Part shown: one piece after another, positions 30,501-46,052 of the stretch | Layout of the letters: every line of letters starts with the position of its first letter | Numbering within the stretch: the stretch's first letter is position 1 | Source: Escherichia coli | GTDB taxonomy: Bacteria > Pseudomonadota > Gammaproteobacteria > Enterobacterales > Enterobacteriaceae | DNA length: 64,000 nt | NCBI RefSeq assembly: GCF_002854065.1 | Contig: NZ_CP024147.1 | Direction: 5' to 3' (one strand) | The notes under the pieces: generated by a model | The model's input: only the letters and a program-made list of their open reading frames with translations | Told to the model about the DNA's origin: nothing | The model's database searches: none | Translations under genes and position numbers: made by a program

Positions 30501-31795
30501 AGACGCATCCCCTTCCCTTTGCGATGTAGCATCAAAGAAACCAGAAACGCCACCACGGCCATCAAGGTCACATACCAGAAGAAGGCTGTTTCCATTCCTA
30601 TTGATTTCAGCGACAACGCTACGTACTCCGCCGAACCACCAAATATAGCATTAGCGACCGCATATGACAGACCAACGCCTAATGCGCGAACCTGTGCCGG
30701 GAACATCTCAGCCTTCAGTATTCCACTGATTGATGTATAAAAACTCACTATCAGCAGGGCACACATCACCAGACCAAAAGCGGCATAAGGCGAGGAAACG
30801 TTTTGCAATGCTGAGAGAATAGGAACGGTAAAAATGGCTGCCAGCGAACCGAAACATAACATTGAGGTACGGCGACCAATCTTATCCGACAGCGCGCCAA
30901 TGAGTGGTTGAATAAGCATGAATACAAACAATGCGGCAGTCATAATGCCACTCGCCACGTTGGCATGCATTCCCGCAGTATTTACCAGATACTTCTGCAT
31001 ATAAGTGGTGAAGGTATAGAAACAAAGGGAGCCCGCAGCGGTAAAACCGAGAACCATGATGAATGCACGGCGATTGCGCCATAATCCTTTCAGAGATCCA
31101 GCTTCTTTTAAAGCGCGCGTTTCTTGTTGCGAAGTTTCATCTAACTGACGACGTAACCACAACGCCACAACAGCTAACACAGCTCCTAACGCGAAAGGAA
31201 TACGCCATCCCCACTCTCTGAGTGCAGCGTCTTCCATGGTGTGTTGTAAAACCACGACAACCAGTAGGGCTAGCAGTTGTCCGCCGATCAACGTCACATA
31301 CTGAAATGATGCGTAAAAACCTTTGCGCCCTTCAACGGCAACTTCACTCATATAGGTGGCGCTGGTGCCATATTCTCCGCCAACGGATAATCCCTGAAAT
31401 AAACGCGCGAGAAGCAATAATGCCGGAGCCCACGTACCGATTGTTTCATAACCAGGCAAACAGGCGATTACCAGTGAGCCGAAACACATCATACACACCG
31501 ATAGCAGCATCGATTTTTTGCGACCATGTTTATCGGCTATGCGGCCAAATAGCCAACCGCCTATTGGGCGCATCAGGAATCCCGCAGCAAAAACACCTGC
31601 TGTTTGTAGTAGTTGAGTCGTCGTGTTCCCGGAAGGGAAGAAGATGTGGGCAAAGTAGAGTGAACAGAACGAGTAGACATAGAAATCGAACCACTCGACC
31701 AGATTACCTGAAGAGGCCCCCACAATCGCCCAAATGCGGCGACGAGTATCACTACTTGTCAGTTTGCTGTCTGCCGTTACAGTACTTTCAGCCAT
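30497..31795 (-). CDS. kgtP: Alpha-ketoglutarate permease (MFS transporter)
   Basis: ORF 30497..31897 trimmed to [26 protein letters not shown]..., 432 aa; MFS signatures. Confidence 0.93.
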
Positions 31796-31983
31796 GCCAT
31801 TATGTCTCCTGCCGTAATCCGATGCTTTTGTCGGTCGCTTTTGTTTATTTTTTTTGGTAAAGGAAATGTTATACATTTGTTGCACATCATTATGCAACCT
31901 TAACCATGAATTTAGTTAGCAGGAAAATGGTTATTGAGAAGCTTAAGGATAAATTTCTGGTAAGGAGAACACGTATGGAAGTA

Positions 31984-32065
31984 GGCAAGTTGGGGAAACC
32001 GTATCCGTTGCTGAATCTGGCATATGTGGGAGTATAAGACGCGCAGCGTCGCATCAGGCATTTTT
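31984..32065 (-). repeat. REP/BIME-like repetitive extragenic palindromic sequence (degenerate)
   Basis: Minus strand reads GCCTGATGCGACGCTGCGCGTCTTATAC...CTTGCCTAC, resembling the REP consensus; sits between the rrn terminator region and kgtP. Confidence 0.35.
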
Positions 32066-32118
32066 TTCTGCGCCAACGCAAAAAGACCATCCGTCAGGAT
32101 GGCCTTTCGCTTTATTTG

Positions 32119-32238
32119 ATGCCTGGCAGTTCCCTACTCTCGCATGGGGAGACCCCACACTACCATCGGCGCTACGGCGTTTCACTTCTGAGTTCGGCAT
32201 GGGGTCAGGTGGGACCACCGCGCTACGGCCGCCAGGCA
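32119..32238 (-). rRNA. rrfG: 5S ribosomal RNA
   Basis: 120-nt reverse-complement match to E. coli 5S rRNA (TGCCTGGCGGC...GGAACTGCCAGGCAT). Confidence 0.95.
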
Positions 32239-32330
32239 AATTCTGTTTTATCAGACCGCTTCTGCGTTCTGATTTAATCTGTATCAGGCTGAAAATCTTC
32301 TCTCATCCGCCAAAACAGCTTCGGCGTTGT

Positions 32331-35233
<2,903 letters not shown>

Positions 35234-35426
35234 TCACAACCCGAAGATGTTTCTTGCGACTCATCATCGTGTTGCGAAAATTTGAGAGACTCACGAACAA
35301 CTTTCGTTGTTCAGTGTTTCAATTTTCAGCTTGATCCAGATTTTTAAAGAGCAAATATCTCAAACATCACCCGAAGATGAGTTTTGAGATATTAAGGTCG
35401 GCGACTTTCACTCACAAACCAGCAAG

Positions 35427-35502
35427 TGGCGTCCCCTAGGGGATTCGAACCCCTGTTACCGCCGTGAAAGGGCGGTGTCCTGGGCCTCTAGACGAAGGGG
35501 AC
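35427..35502 (-). tRNA. gltW: tRNA-Glu (spacer tRNA of the rrn operon)
   Basis: 76-nt reverse-complement match to GTCCCCTTCGTCTAGAGGCCCAGGACACCGCCCTTTCACGGCGGTAACAGGGGTTCGAATCCCCTAGGGGACGCCA. Confidence 0.95.
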
Positions 35503-35587
35503 GTATCAGTCTGCTTCGCAAGACGCCTTGCTTTTCACTTTCTATCAGACAATCTGTGTGAGCACTGCAAAGAACGCTTCTTTAAGG

Positions 35588-37129
<1,542 letters not shown>

Positions 37130-37310
37130 AAAAGTTTGATGCTCAAAGAATTAAACTTCGTAATGAATTACGTGTTCACTCTTGAGACTTGGTATTCATT
37201 TTTCGTCTTGCGACGTTAAGAATCCGTATCTTCGAGTGCCCACACAGATTGTCTGATAAATTGTTAAAGAGCAGTGCCGCTTCGCTTTTTCTCAGCGGCG
37301 CGGGGTATGC

Positions 37311-37338
37311 ATAATACGCTTTCCCGCCACAGAGTCAA
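37311..37338 (-). promoter_or_regulatory. rrn P2 promoter (-35 TTGACT, 16-nt spacer, -10 TATTAT)
   Basis: Minus-strand GCTTGACTctgtggcgggaaagcgTATTATgcatacccc with GC-rich discriminator. Confidence 0.55.
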
Positions 37339-37429
37339 GCATTTATTTTTGCTTTCTCTACCGGAATTCTCAGGAGAACCCCGCTGACCCGGCGGCGTGT
37401 TTGCCGTTGTTCCGTGTCAGTGGTGGCGC

Positions 37430-37457
37430 ATTATAGGGAGTTATTCCGGCCTGACAA
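37430..37457 (-). promoter_or_regulatory. rrn P1 promoter (-35 TTGTCA, 16-nt spacer, -10 TATAAT, GCGCCACC discriminator) with AT-rich UP/Fis region upstream
   Basis: Minus-strand CTTGTCAGGCCGGAATAACTCCCTATAATGCGCCACCACTGA is the classic rrn P1 core; AT-rich tract 37460-37540 upstream. Confidence 0.65.
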
Positions 37458-37544
37458 GCGAAAAATATAAAAACTTTATCGTTCGCTCACTTTTCAGGCA
37501 AAACATCTTAAATATAGTCTTTTCCGTCTAACTTATAGACAAAA

Positions 37545-37570
37545 ACGAGCCCCGAAGGGCTCGTTTTATC
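37545..37570 (-). terminator. Rho-independent terminator of clpB
   Basis: GAGCCC-TTCG-GGGCTC hairpin followed by TTTTTGTC on the minus strand. Confidence 0.7.
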
Positions 37571-37572
37571 AT

Positions 37573-40146
37573 TTACTGGACGGCGACAATCCGGTCTTCA
37601 TTAACTTCCAGGCGAATCACTTTACCCGGAACCAATTCACCAGACAGTATTTGCTGTGCCAACGGGTTTTCGATCTGCTGCTGGATAGCACGTTTCAAAG
37701 GACGTGCACCATAGACTGGATCGTAACCGTTCTCGCTCAGCAGTTTCAGCGCCTCGTCAGAAATGTGGATTTCATAACCACGTTCTTCCAGACGTTTGTA
37801 CAGACGTTTCAACTGAATCTGCGCAATCGAGGCAATGTGCTGTTCGCCCAGCGGATGGAAGACCACCACTTCATCGATACGGTTAATGAACTCCGGACGG
37901 AAGTTATGGCTTACCACACCGAGCACCAGTTCTTTCATATGCGCATAATCCAGTTCACCGAAGCGTTCCTGAATCAAATCGGAACCGAGGTTAGAGGTCA
38001 TAATGACAACCGTATTACGGAAGTCGACCGTTCTCCCCTGCCCGTCAGTCAGACGCCCATCATCCAGTACCTGCAACAGAATGTTGAAGACATCCGGATG
38101 CGCTTTTTCCACTTCATCCAGCAGGATAACGGAATACGGACGACGACGCACAGCTTCGGTCAGGTAGCCACCTTCTTCATAACCAACATATCCCGGAGGC
38201 GCACCAACCAGACGAGACACCGAGTGTTTCTCCATAAACTCGGACATATCGATACGGACCATCGCCTCGTCGCTATCAAACATAAAGTTCGCCAGCGCCT
38301 TACAAAGCTCAGTTTTCCCCACACCAGTTGGGCCGAGGAACAGGAATGAACCAATCGGGCGATTTGGATCCGCCAGCCCCGCACGGCTACGACGAATAGC
38401 GTTAGATACCGCATCAACCGCTTCGTTCTGACCAATAACGCGATGGTGCAGTTCTTGCTCCATACGCAGCAGTTTTTCGCGCTCGCTTTCCATCATGCGA
38501 GAAACCGGAATCCCCGTCCAACGCGCCAGCACTTCAGCAATTTCGGCGTCGGTCACTTTATTACGCAACAGACGCATAGTTTTGCCTTCGAGCTGCGTTG
38601 CGGCTTCCAGTTGCTTTTCCAGCTCCGGGATTTTGCCGTATTGCAGTTCAGACATCCGCGCCAGGTCACCCACACGGCGAGCCTGTTCAATAGCGATTTT
38701 CGCCTGTTCCAGTTCCGCTTTAATGGTCTGCGTACCAGAAAGCGATGCTTTCTCTGCTTTCCACTCTTCTTCTAACTCGGAGTACTGACGTTCTTTGTCG
38801 CTCAGTTCTTCGTTGAGCATATCCAGACGTTTTTTACTGGCTTCATCAGACTCTTTCATTAACGCCTGTTGTTCCAGTTTGAGCTGGATGATACGGCGAT
38901 CGAGTCGGTCGAGTTCTTCTGGTTTTGAGTCAATCTGCATACGAATGCTGGATGCTGCTTCATCGATCAGGTCGATGGCTTTATCCGGCAGCTGACGGTC
39001 AGCAATGTAGCGATGAGACAACGTCGCCGCTGCAACAATTGCCGGGTCAGTAATTTGCACATGGTGGTGCAATTCGTAACGTTCTTTCAGGCCACGTAGA
39101 ATCGCAATGGTATCTTCAACAGAAGGCTCGGCAACAAACACTTTCTGGAAACGACGTTCCAGCGCAGCATCTTTTTCGATGTACTGGCGATATTCGTCAA
39201 GCGTCGTGGCACCTACGCAGTGCAATTCACCACGCGCCAGCGCCGGTTTCAGCATGTTTCCGGCGTCCATTGCGCCATCGGCTTTACCCGCGCCGACCAT
39301 GGTATGTAATTCGTCGATAAACAGGATGACGTTGCCTTCCTGTTTGGCAAGATCGTTAAGCACGCCTTTTAAACGTTCTTCAAACTCACCGCGATATTTC
39401 GCCCCAGCCACCAGCGCGCCCATATCCAGCGCCAGTACGCGGCGGCCTTTCAACCCTTCCGGCACTTCGCCGTTGATAATACGCTGCGCCAGACCTTCAA
39501 CGATGGCAGTTTTACCGACGCCGGGTTCACCAATCAGTACCGGATTATTTTTAGTACGACGTTGCAGCACCTGAATGGTACGGCGAATTTCTTCATCACG
39601 ACCAATCACCGGATCGAGTTTGCCCTGTTCGGCTCGTTCGGTAAGGTCGATGGTATATTTTTTCAAAGCCTGACGTTGGTCTTCAGCACCTTGATCGTTC
39701 ACGCTTTCACCTCCACGCATTTGTTCAATCGCTTGAGTAATGTTGGCGGTGGTCGCCCCTGCTGCTTTCAGGATGTCGGCCAGCGTGCCGCGAGACTCAA
39801 GTGCCGCCAGAACGAACAGTTCTGACGAGATAAAGTTATCACCACGTTTTTGCGCCAGCTTGTCGCAAAGATTAAGAACGCGCACCAGATCCTGTGATGG
39901 CTGGACATCACCACCAGTACCTTCAACCTGCGGTAAACGATTTAATGCCTGATTGATATCTGTGCGCAACTGGCCAGCATTTATGCCAGCTGATGTTAAC
40001 AAAGGACTAACCGAACCCCCTTCCTGATTCAGCAGGGCGCTCATTAAATGAAGTGGTTCGATGAATTGGTTGTCGTGCCCGAGTGCAAGTGATTGGGCAT
40101 CGGCAAGAGCAAGCTGGAATTTATTAGTAAGACGATCCAGACGCAT
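37573..40146 (-). CDS. clpB: Chaperone ClpB (AAA+ disaggregase)
   Basis: ORF 37573..40158 trimmed to [27 protein letters not shown]..., 857 aa; two Walker A sites ([16 protein letters not shown]). In-frame GTG at 39700-39702 (Val149) corresponds to the known internal start for the short ClpB isoform. Confidence 0.96.
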
Positions 40147-40182
40147 AACTCCTCCCATAACGGATCAAAGTTGCTACTGGAG

Positions 40183-40214
40183 ATTAAATGAGGTCATCCC
40201 TCAATTATTCAAGG
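40183..40214 (-). promoter_or_regulatory. Sigma-32 heat-shock promoter of clpB (CTTGAA ... CCTCATTTA)
   Basis: Minus-strand CCTTGAATaattgagggatgaCCTCATTTA approximates the sigma-32 consensus (CTTGAAA / CCCCATnT). Confidence 0.5.
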
Positions 40215-40275
40215 TTATTGACCAGATTAATGTGAAAAGAAAATCACACGTACCGGATCGTCTTGATTCTTTAGG

Positions 40276-41007
40276 TTATATCAGCCAAATGAAACTTGCC
40301 ATACGCCCGGTGGTCTTGTCGCGACGATAAGAGAAGAAAGTCTCATTTTCCGTATATGTACAACGGTCGCCGCCGAAAATTTGTTCAACACCAACGCTCC
40401 CCAGACGCTGCCGGGCAAGCAGATAAATATCCGCCAGATACTTATCACCATGCTGAATGAAAGCTGTACTCGCTTTGGCGTCTGCTGCCATAAACGCCTC
40501 GCGAACCTCCGCCCCCACTTCGAACGCGCGTGGACCAATTGCCGGCCCTAACCAGGCGAGAATATTTTCCGGATTATCAGCAAAACAGGAAACTGTCTCT
40601 TCCAGCACGCCTGCGCGCAGTCCACGCCAGCCAGCATGAGCGGCGGCGACTTCCGTTCCCGCTCGATTGCAAAACAGCACAGGGAGGCAGTCGGCAGTCA
40701 TCACTGCGCAAACCGTGCCAGGCGTATTGCTATAAGAGGCATCTGCTCGTTTTGAGGCATAAGGTTCGCCAGTAAGCTTAAGCACATCTTTGCCGTGTAC
40801 CTGCTCAAGCCAGACCGGTTTAGAAGGCAAATTGCCCGCAGCAAAAAGTCGCTTGCGATTCTCCTCAACGTGATCCGGGTTATCGCCACAATGGGCACCG
40901 AGGTTGAGCGAGTCATACGGGGGCAAGCTCACGCCGCCGATACGAGTAGAGCTACAAGCCGCAACACCTTTTGGCAGCGGCCACTGCGGGACAATCAGCT
41001 TACTCAT
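40276..41007 (-). CDS. pgeF: Purine nucleoside phosphorylase / peptidoglycan editing factor (DUF152, laccase-like)
   Basis: 243-aa ORF MSKLIVPQWPLPKGVAACSSTRIGGVS... (YfiH family). Confidence 0.93.
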   Translation of the reverse strand: MSKLIVPQWPLPKGVAACSSTRIGGVSLPPYDSLNLGAHCGDNPDHVEENRKRLFAAGNLPSKPVWLEQVHGKDVLKLTGEPYASKRADASYSNTPGTVCAVMTADCLPVLFCNRAGTEVAAAHAGWRGLRAGVLEETVSCFADNPENILAWLGPAIGPRAFEVGAEVREAFMAADAKASTAFIQHGDKYLADIYLLARQRLGSVGVEQIFGGDRCTYTENETFFSYRRDKTTGRMASFIWLI

Positions 41008-41984
41008 AACCAGTCCACTTCATCCTTATGTTCTTCGAAATCGGCACGCATCGCCTCAATCAGCTCCACCATATCTTGTGGAATAGGCGCATGCCATTCC
41101 ATTTCGATGCCGGAGATCGGGTGATAAAGACGCAGCATGGTTGCATGAAGCGCCTGGCGGTCAAACTTACGCAGCGTGGAGATAAACGCTTCCGAAGCAC
41201 CTTTTGGCGGACGCGGACGGCCACCATAAACCGGATCGCCCACCAGCGGATGAGTGATATGGGCCATATGCACGCGGATCTGGTGCGTACGTCCAGTTTC
41301 CAGACGCAACCGCAGACGCGTGTGCACACGGAAGTGTTCCATGATGCGATAGTGAGTCACCGCTGGTTTGCCCATCGGATGCACCGCCATGTGAGTACGT
41401 TTGGTCGGGTGGCGACTGATTGGCTCATCCACCGTACCGCCAGCGGTCATATGACCAATCGCCACCGCTTCGTACTCACGAGTAATTTCACGCCTTTGCA
41501 AAGATTCGACTAAACGCGTCTGAGCCGGAACGGTTTTTGCCACAACCATCAGGCCAGTGGTGTCTTTATCCAGACGATGGACGATGCCCGCACGCGGTAC
41601 ATCGGCAATAGGCGGATAATAATGAAGCAACGCATTCAGTACCGTGCCATCCGGGTTACCCGCGCCAGGATGAACCACCAGGTCGCGCGGTTTATTAATG
41701 ACGATGATGTCTTCATCTTCATAGACGATATCCAGCGGGATATCCTGCGGTTCAAAACGCGCTTCTTCTTCAATCTCTGCGTTGATGGCAACCTGCTCGC
41801 CACCCAATACTTTTTCTTTCGGCTTATCACAAAGTTTGCCGTTAACCAGCACGCGCTGGTCGAGGATCCATTCTTTTATTCGCGAACGTGAATAATCCGG
41901 GAACATTTCGGCCAAAGCCTGATCTAAGCGTTGACCGAGTTGGTTTTCGGACACCGTTGCAGTGAGCTGTACTCGTTGTGCCAT
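41004..41984 (-). CDS. rluD: 23S rRNA pseudouridine(1911/1915/1917) synthase
   Basis: 326-aa ORF with S4 domain and RluA-family catalytic motif (HRLDKDTTGLMVVAK). Confidence 0.95.
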   Translation of the reverse strand: MAQRVQLTATVSENQLGQRLDQALAEMFPDYSRSRIKEWILDQRVLVNGKLCDKPKEKVLGGEQVAINAEIEEEARFEPQDIPLDIVYEDEDIIVINKPRDLVVHPGAGNPDGTVLNALLHYYPPIADVPRAGIVHRLDKDTTGLMVVAKTVPAQTRLVESLQRREITREYEAVAIGHMTAGGTVDEPISRHPTKRTHMAVHPMGKPAVTHYRIMEHFRVHTRLRLRLETGRTHQIRVHMAHITHPLVGDPVYGGRPRPPKGASEAFISTLRKFDRQALHATMLRLYHPISGIEMEWHAPIPQDMVELIEAMRADFEEHKDEVDWL

Positions 41985-42118
41985 ATATACTGCTTCTTCG
42001 TTTATCGTTGGGGTTTTACGGCTTTGCCGTTTAATATAGTGTGCTATTGTAGCTGGTCTTAACCGGGAGCAGGAACAGAGAATCTCCCGTATTACATTTT
42101 GAGGAAAGTCAAAACGTC

Positions 42119-42856
42119 ATGACGCGCATGAAATATCTGGTGGCAGCCGCCACACTAAGCCTGTTTTTGGCGGGTTGCTCGGGGTCAAAGGAAGAAGTAC
42201 CTGATAATCCGCCAAATGAAATTTACGCGACTGCACAACAAAAGCTGCAGGACGGTAACTGGAGACAGGCAATAACGCAACTGGAAGCGTTAGATAATCG
42301 CTATCCGTTTGGTCCGTATTCGCAGCAGGTGCAGCTGGATCTCATCTATGCCTACTATAAAAACGCCGATTTGCCGTTAGCGCAGGCTGCCATCGATCGT
42401 TTTATTCGCCTTAACCCGACCCATCCGAATATCGATTATGTCATGTACATGCGTGGCCTGACCAATATGGCGCTGGATGACAGTGCGCTGCAAGGGTTCT
42501 TTGGCGTTGACCGTAGCGATCGCGATCCTCAACATGCACGAGCTGCGTTTAGTGACTTTTCCAAACTGGTGCGCGGCTATCCAAACAGTCAGTACACCAC
42601 CGATGCCACCAAACGTCTGGTATTCCTGAAAGATCGTCTGGCGAAATATGAATACTCCGTGGCCGAGTACTATACAGAACGTGGCGCATGGGTTGCCGTC
42701 GTTAACCGCGTAGAAGGCATGTTGCGCGACTACCCGGATACCCAGGCTACGCGTGATGCGCTGCCGCTGATGGAAAATGCATACCGTCAGATGCAGATGA
42801 ATGCGCAAGCTGAAAAAGTAGCGAAAATCATCGCCGCAAACAGCAGCAATACATAA
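42119..42856 (+). CDS. bamD: Outer membrane protein assembly factor BamD (TPR lipoprotein)
   Basis: 245-aa ORF with lipoprotein signal [22 protein letters not shown]. Confidence 0.95.
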
Positions 42857-42872
42857 CAGAAACCTGAAACAC

Positions 42873-42905
42873 AAAACGGCAGCCCTTGAGCTGCCGTTTT
42901 TTTAT
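42873..42905 (+). terminator. Rho-independent terminator after bamD
   Basis: CGGCAGC-CCTTGA-GCTGCCG hairpin followed by T8. Confidence 0.7.
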
Positions 42906-43072
42906 TCTGTTAGTTGTGAAACTGAAGCGATTTAGTCACTATCGATCTCATCAAATATGGCTCGCTTTGAGATATTCCTCAAGTAAAAAAACACCTCTTC
43001 CTGCGATTTCTCACAAAAAAGATTCGTTGACAAAAAGTGACAAAATTATGAGATTTCCATCACACATTTTGA

Positions 43073-43468
<396 letters not shown>

Positions 43469-43488
43469 TCCTTTATATTGAGTGTATC

Positions 43489-43516
43489 GCCAACGCGCCT
43501 TCGGGCGCGTTTTTTG
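43489..43516 (+). terminator. Rho-independent terminator of raiA (abuts pheA promoter -35 TTGACA at 43517-43522)
   Basis: AACGCGCC-TTCG-GGCGCGTT hairpin followed by TTTTGTT. Confidence 0.7.
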
Positions 43517-43571
43517 TTGACAGCGTGAAAACAGTACGGGTACTGTACTAAAGTCACTTAAGGAAACAAAC

Positions 43572-43619
43572 ATGAAACACACACCGTTTTTCTTCGCATT
43601 CTTTTTTACCTTCCCCTGA
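43572..43619 (+). CDS. pheL: pheA leader peptide (Phe-rich attenuation peptide)
   Basis: ATG AAA CAC ACA CCG TTT TTC TTC GCA TTC TTT TTT ACC TTC CCC TGA = MKHTPFFFAFFFTFP*, 7 Phe in 15 codons. Confidence 0.85.
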   Translation: MKHTPFFFAFFFTFP

Positions 43620-43665
43620 ATGGGAGGCGTTTCGTCGTGTGAAACAGAATGCGAAGACGAACAAT

Positions 43666-43698
43666 AAGGCCTCCCAAATCGGGGGGCCTTTTTTATTG
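43666..43698 (+). terminator. pheA attenuator terminator
   Basis: AAGGCCTCCC-AAATC-GGGGGGCCTT hairpin followed by T-run, 20 nt upstream of the pheA start. Confidence 0.8.
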
Positions 43699-43717
43699 AT
43701 AACAAAAAGGCAACACT

Positions 43718-44878
43718 ATGACATCGGAAAACCCGTTACTGGCGCTGCGAGAGAAAATCAGCGCGCTGGATGAAAAATTATTAGCATTACTCGCAGAGCG
43801 GCGCGAACTGGCCGTCGAGGTGGGAAAAGCCAAACTGCTCTCGCATCGCCCGGTACGTGATATTGATCGTGAACGCGATTTACTGGAAAGATTAATTACG
43901 CTCGGTAAAGCGCACCATCTGGACGCCCATTACATTACTCGCCTGTTCCAGCTCATCATTGAAGATTCCGTATTAACTCAGCAGGCTTTGCTCCAGCAAC
44001 ATCTCAATAAAATTAATCCGCACTCAGCACGCATCGCTTTTCTCGGCCCCAAAGGTTCTTATTCCCATCTTGCGGCGCGCCAGTATGCTGCCCGTCACTT
44101 TGAGCAATTCATTGAAAGTGGCTGCGCCAAATTTGCCGATATTTTTAATCAGGTGGAAACCGGCCAGGCCGACTATGCCGTCGTACCGATTGAAAATACC
44201 AGCTCCGGTGCCATAAACGACGTTTACGATCTGCTGCAACATACCAGCTTGTCGATTGTTGGCGAGATGACGTTAACTATCGACCATTGTTTGTTAGTCT
44301 CCGGCACGACTGATTTATCCACCATCAATACGGTCTACAGCCATCCGCAGCCATTCCAGCAATGCAGCAAATTCCTTAATCGTTATCCGCACTGGAAGAT
44401 TGAATATACCGAAAGTACGTCTGCGGCAATGGAAAAGGTTGCACAGGCAAAATCACCGCATGTTGCTGCGTTGGGAAGCGAAGCTGGCGGCACTTTGTAC
44501 GGTTTGCAGGTACTGGAGCGGATTGAAGCGAATCAGCGACAAAACTTCACCCGATTTGTGGTGTTGGCGCGTAAAGCCATTAACGTGTCTGATCAGGTTC
44601 CGGCGAAAACGACGTTGTTAATGGCGACCGGGCAACAAGCCGGTGCGCTGGTTGAAGCGTTGCTGGTACTGCGCAACCACAATCTGATTATGACCCGTCT
44701 GGAATCACGCCCGATTCACGGTAATCCATGGGAAGAGATGTTTTATCTGGATATTCAGGCCAATCTTGAATCAGCGGAAATGCAAAAAGCATTGAAAGAG
44801 TTAGGGGAAATCACCCGTTCAATGAAGGTATTGGGCTGTTACCCAAGTGAGAACGTAGTGCCTGTTGATCCAACCTGA
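43718..44878 (+). CDS. pheA: Bifunctional chorismate mutase / prephenate dehydratase
   Basis: 386-aa [35 protein letters not shown]... Confidence 0.97.
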
Positions 44879-44885
44879 TGAAAAG

Positions 44886-44913
44886 GTGCCGGATGATGTG
44901 AATCATCCGGCAC
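44886..44913. terminator. Bidirectional terminator hairpin between convergent pheA and tyrA
   Basis: GTGCCGGATGA-TGTGAA-TCATCCGGCAC inverted repeat between the two stop codons. Confidence 0.6.
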
Positions 44914-44920
44914 TGGATTA

Positions 44921-46042
44921 TTACTGGCGATTGTCATTCGCCTGACGCAATAACACGCGGCTTTCACTCTGAAAACGCTGTGCGTAATCGCCGAACCAGT
45001 GCTCCACCTTGCGGAAACTGTCAATAAACGCCTGCTTATCGCCCTGCTCCAGCAACTCAATCGCCTCGCCGAAACGCTTATAGTAACGTTTGATTAACGC
45101 CAGATTACGCTCTGACGACATAATGATGTCGGCATAAAGCTGCGGATCCTGAGCAAACAGTCGCCCGACCATCGCCAGCTCAAGGCGGTAAATCGGCGAA
45201 GAGAGCGCCAGAAGTTGCTCAAGCTGAACATTTTCTTCTGCCAGGTGCAGCCCGTAAGCAAAAGTAGCAAAGTGGCGCAGAGCCTGAATAAACGCCATAT
45301 TCTGATCGTGCTCGACAGCGCTAATACGATGCAACCGAGCGCCCCAGACCTGAATTTGCTCCAGAAACCATTGGTATGCTTCCGGCTTACGTCCATCACA
45401 CCAGACCACAACTTGCTTTGCCAGGCTACCGCTGTCCGGGCCGAACATCGGGTGCAACCCCAGTACCGGGCCATCGTGCGCCGCCAGCATGGCCTGTAAC
45501 GGTCCATTTTTCACTGATGCCAGATCAACCAGAATACAATCTTTCGGTAAAGGCGGTAATTTGCCGATAACTTGCTCAGTAACGTGGATTGGCACACTAA
45601 CAATCACCATTCCGGCATCGGCAACAATATCAGCCGCTCGATCCCAGTCATGTTGCTCCAGAATCCGCACCTGATAACCCGAGAGTGTCAGCATCTTCTC
45701 GAACAGACGTCCCATCTGACCGCCGCCGCCAACGATAACTACCGGGCGTAACGCAGGACAAAGCGTTTTAAATCCTTTGTCGTTTTCACTGGAGTAAGAT
45801 TCACGCATCACCCGACGCAAAACATCCTCAATCAGATCTGGCGGTACACCCAGAGCTTCCGCCTCTGCACGACGCGAGGCCAACATAGATGCCTCTCGCT
45901 CCGGAACATAAATAGGCAGTCCAAAGCGGCTTTTCACCTCTCCCACTTCAGCAACCAGTTCCAGACGCTTCGCTAATAAATTCAGCAGCGCTTTATCGAC
46001 TTCATCAATTTGATCGCGTAATGCGGTCAATTCAGCAACCAT
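44921..46042 (-). CDS. tyrA: Bifunctional chorismate mutase / prephenate dehydrogenase
   Basis: 373-aa [37 protein letters not shown]... Confidence 0.97.
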   Translation of the reverse strand: MVAELTALRDQIDEVDKALLNLLAKRLELVAEVGEVKSRFGLPIYVPEREASMLASRRAEAEALGVPPDLIEDVLRRVMRESYSSENDKGFKTLCPALRPVVIVGGGGQMGRLFEKMLTLSGYQVRILEQHDWDRAADIVADAGMVIVSVPIHVTEQVIGKLPPLPKDCILVDLASVKNGPLQAMLAAHDGPVLGLHPMFGPDSGSLAKQVVVWCDGRKPEAYQWFLEQIQVWGARLHRISAVEHDQNMAFIQALRHFATFAYGLHLAEENVQLEQLLALSSPIYRLELAMVGRLFAQDPQLYADIIMSSERNLALIKRYYKRFGEAIELLEQGDKQAFIDSFRKVEHWFGDYAQRFQSESRVLLRQANDNRQ

Positions 46043-46052
46043 AATAAACCTC

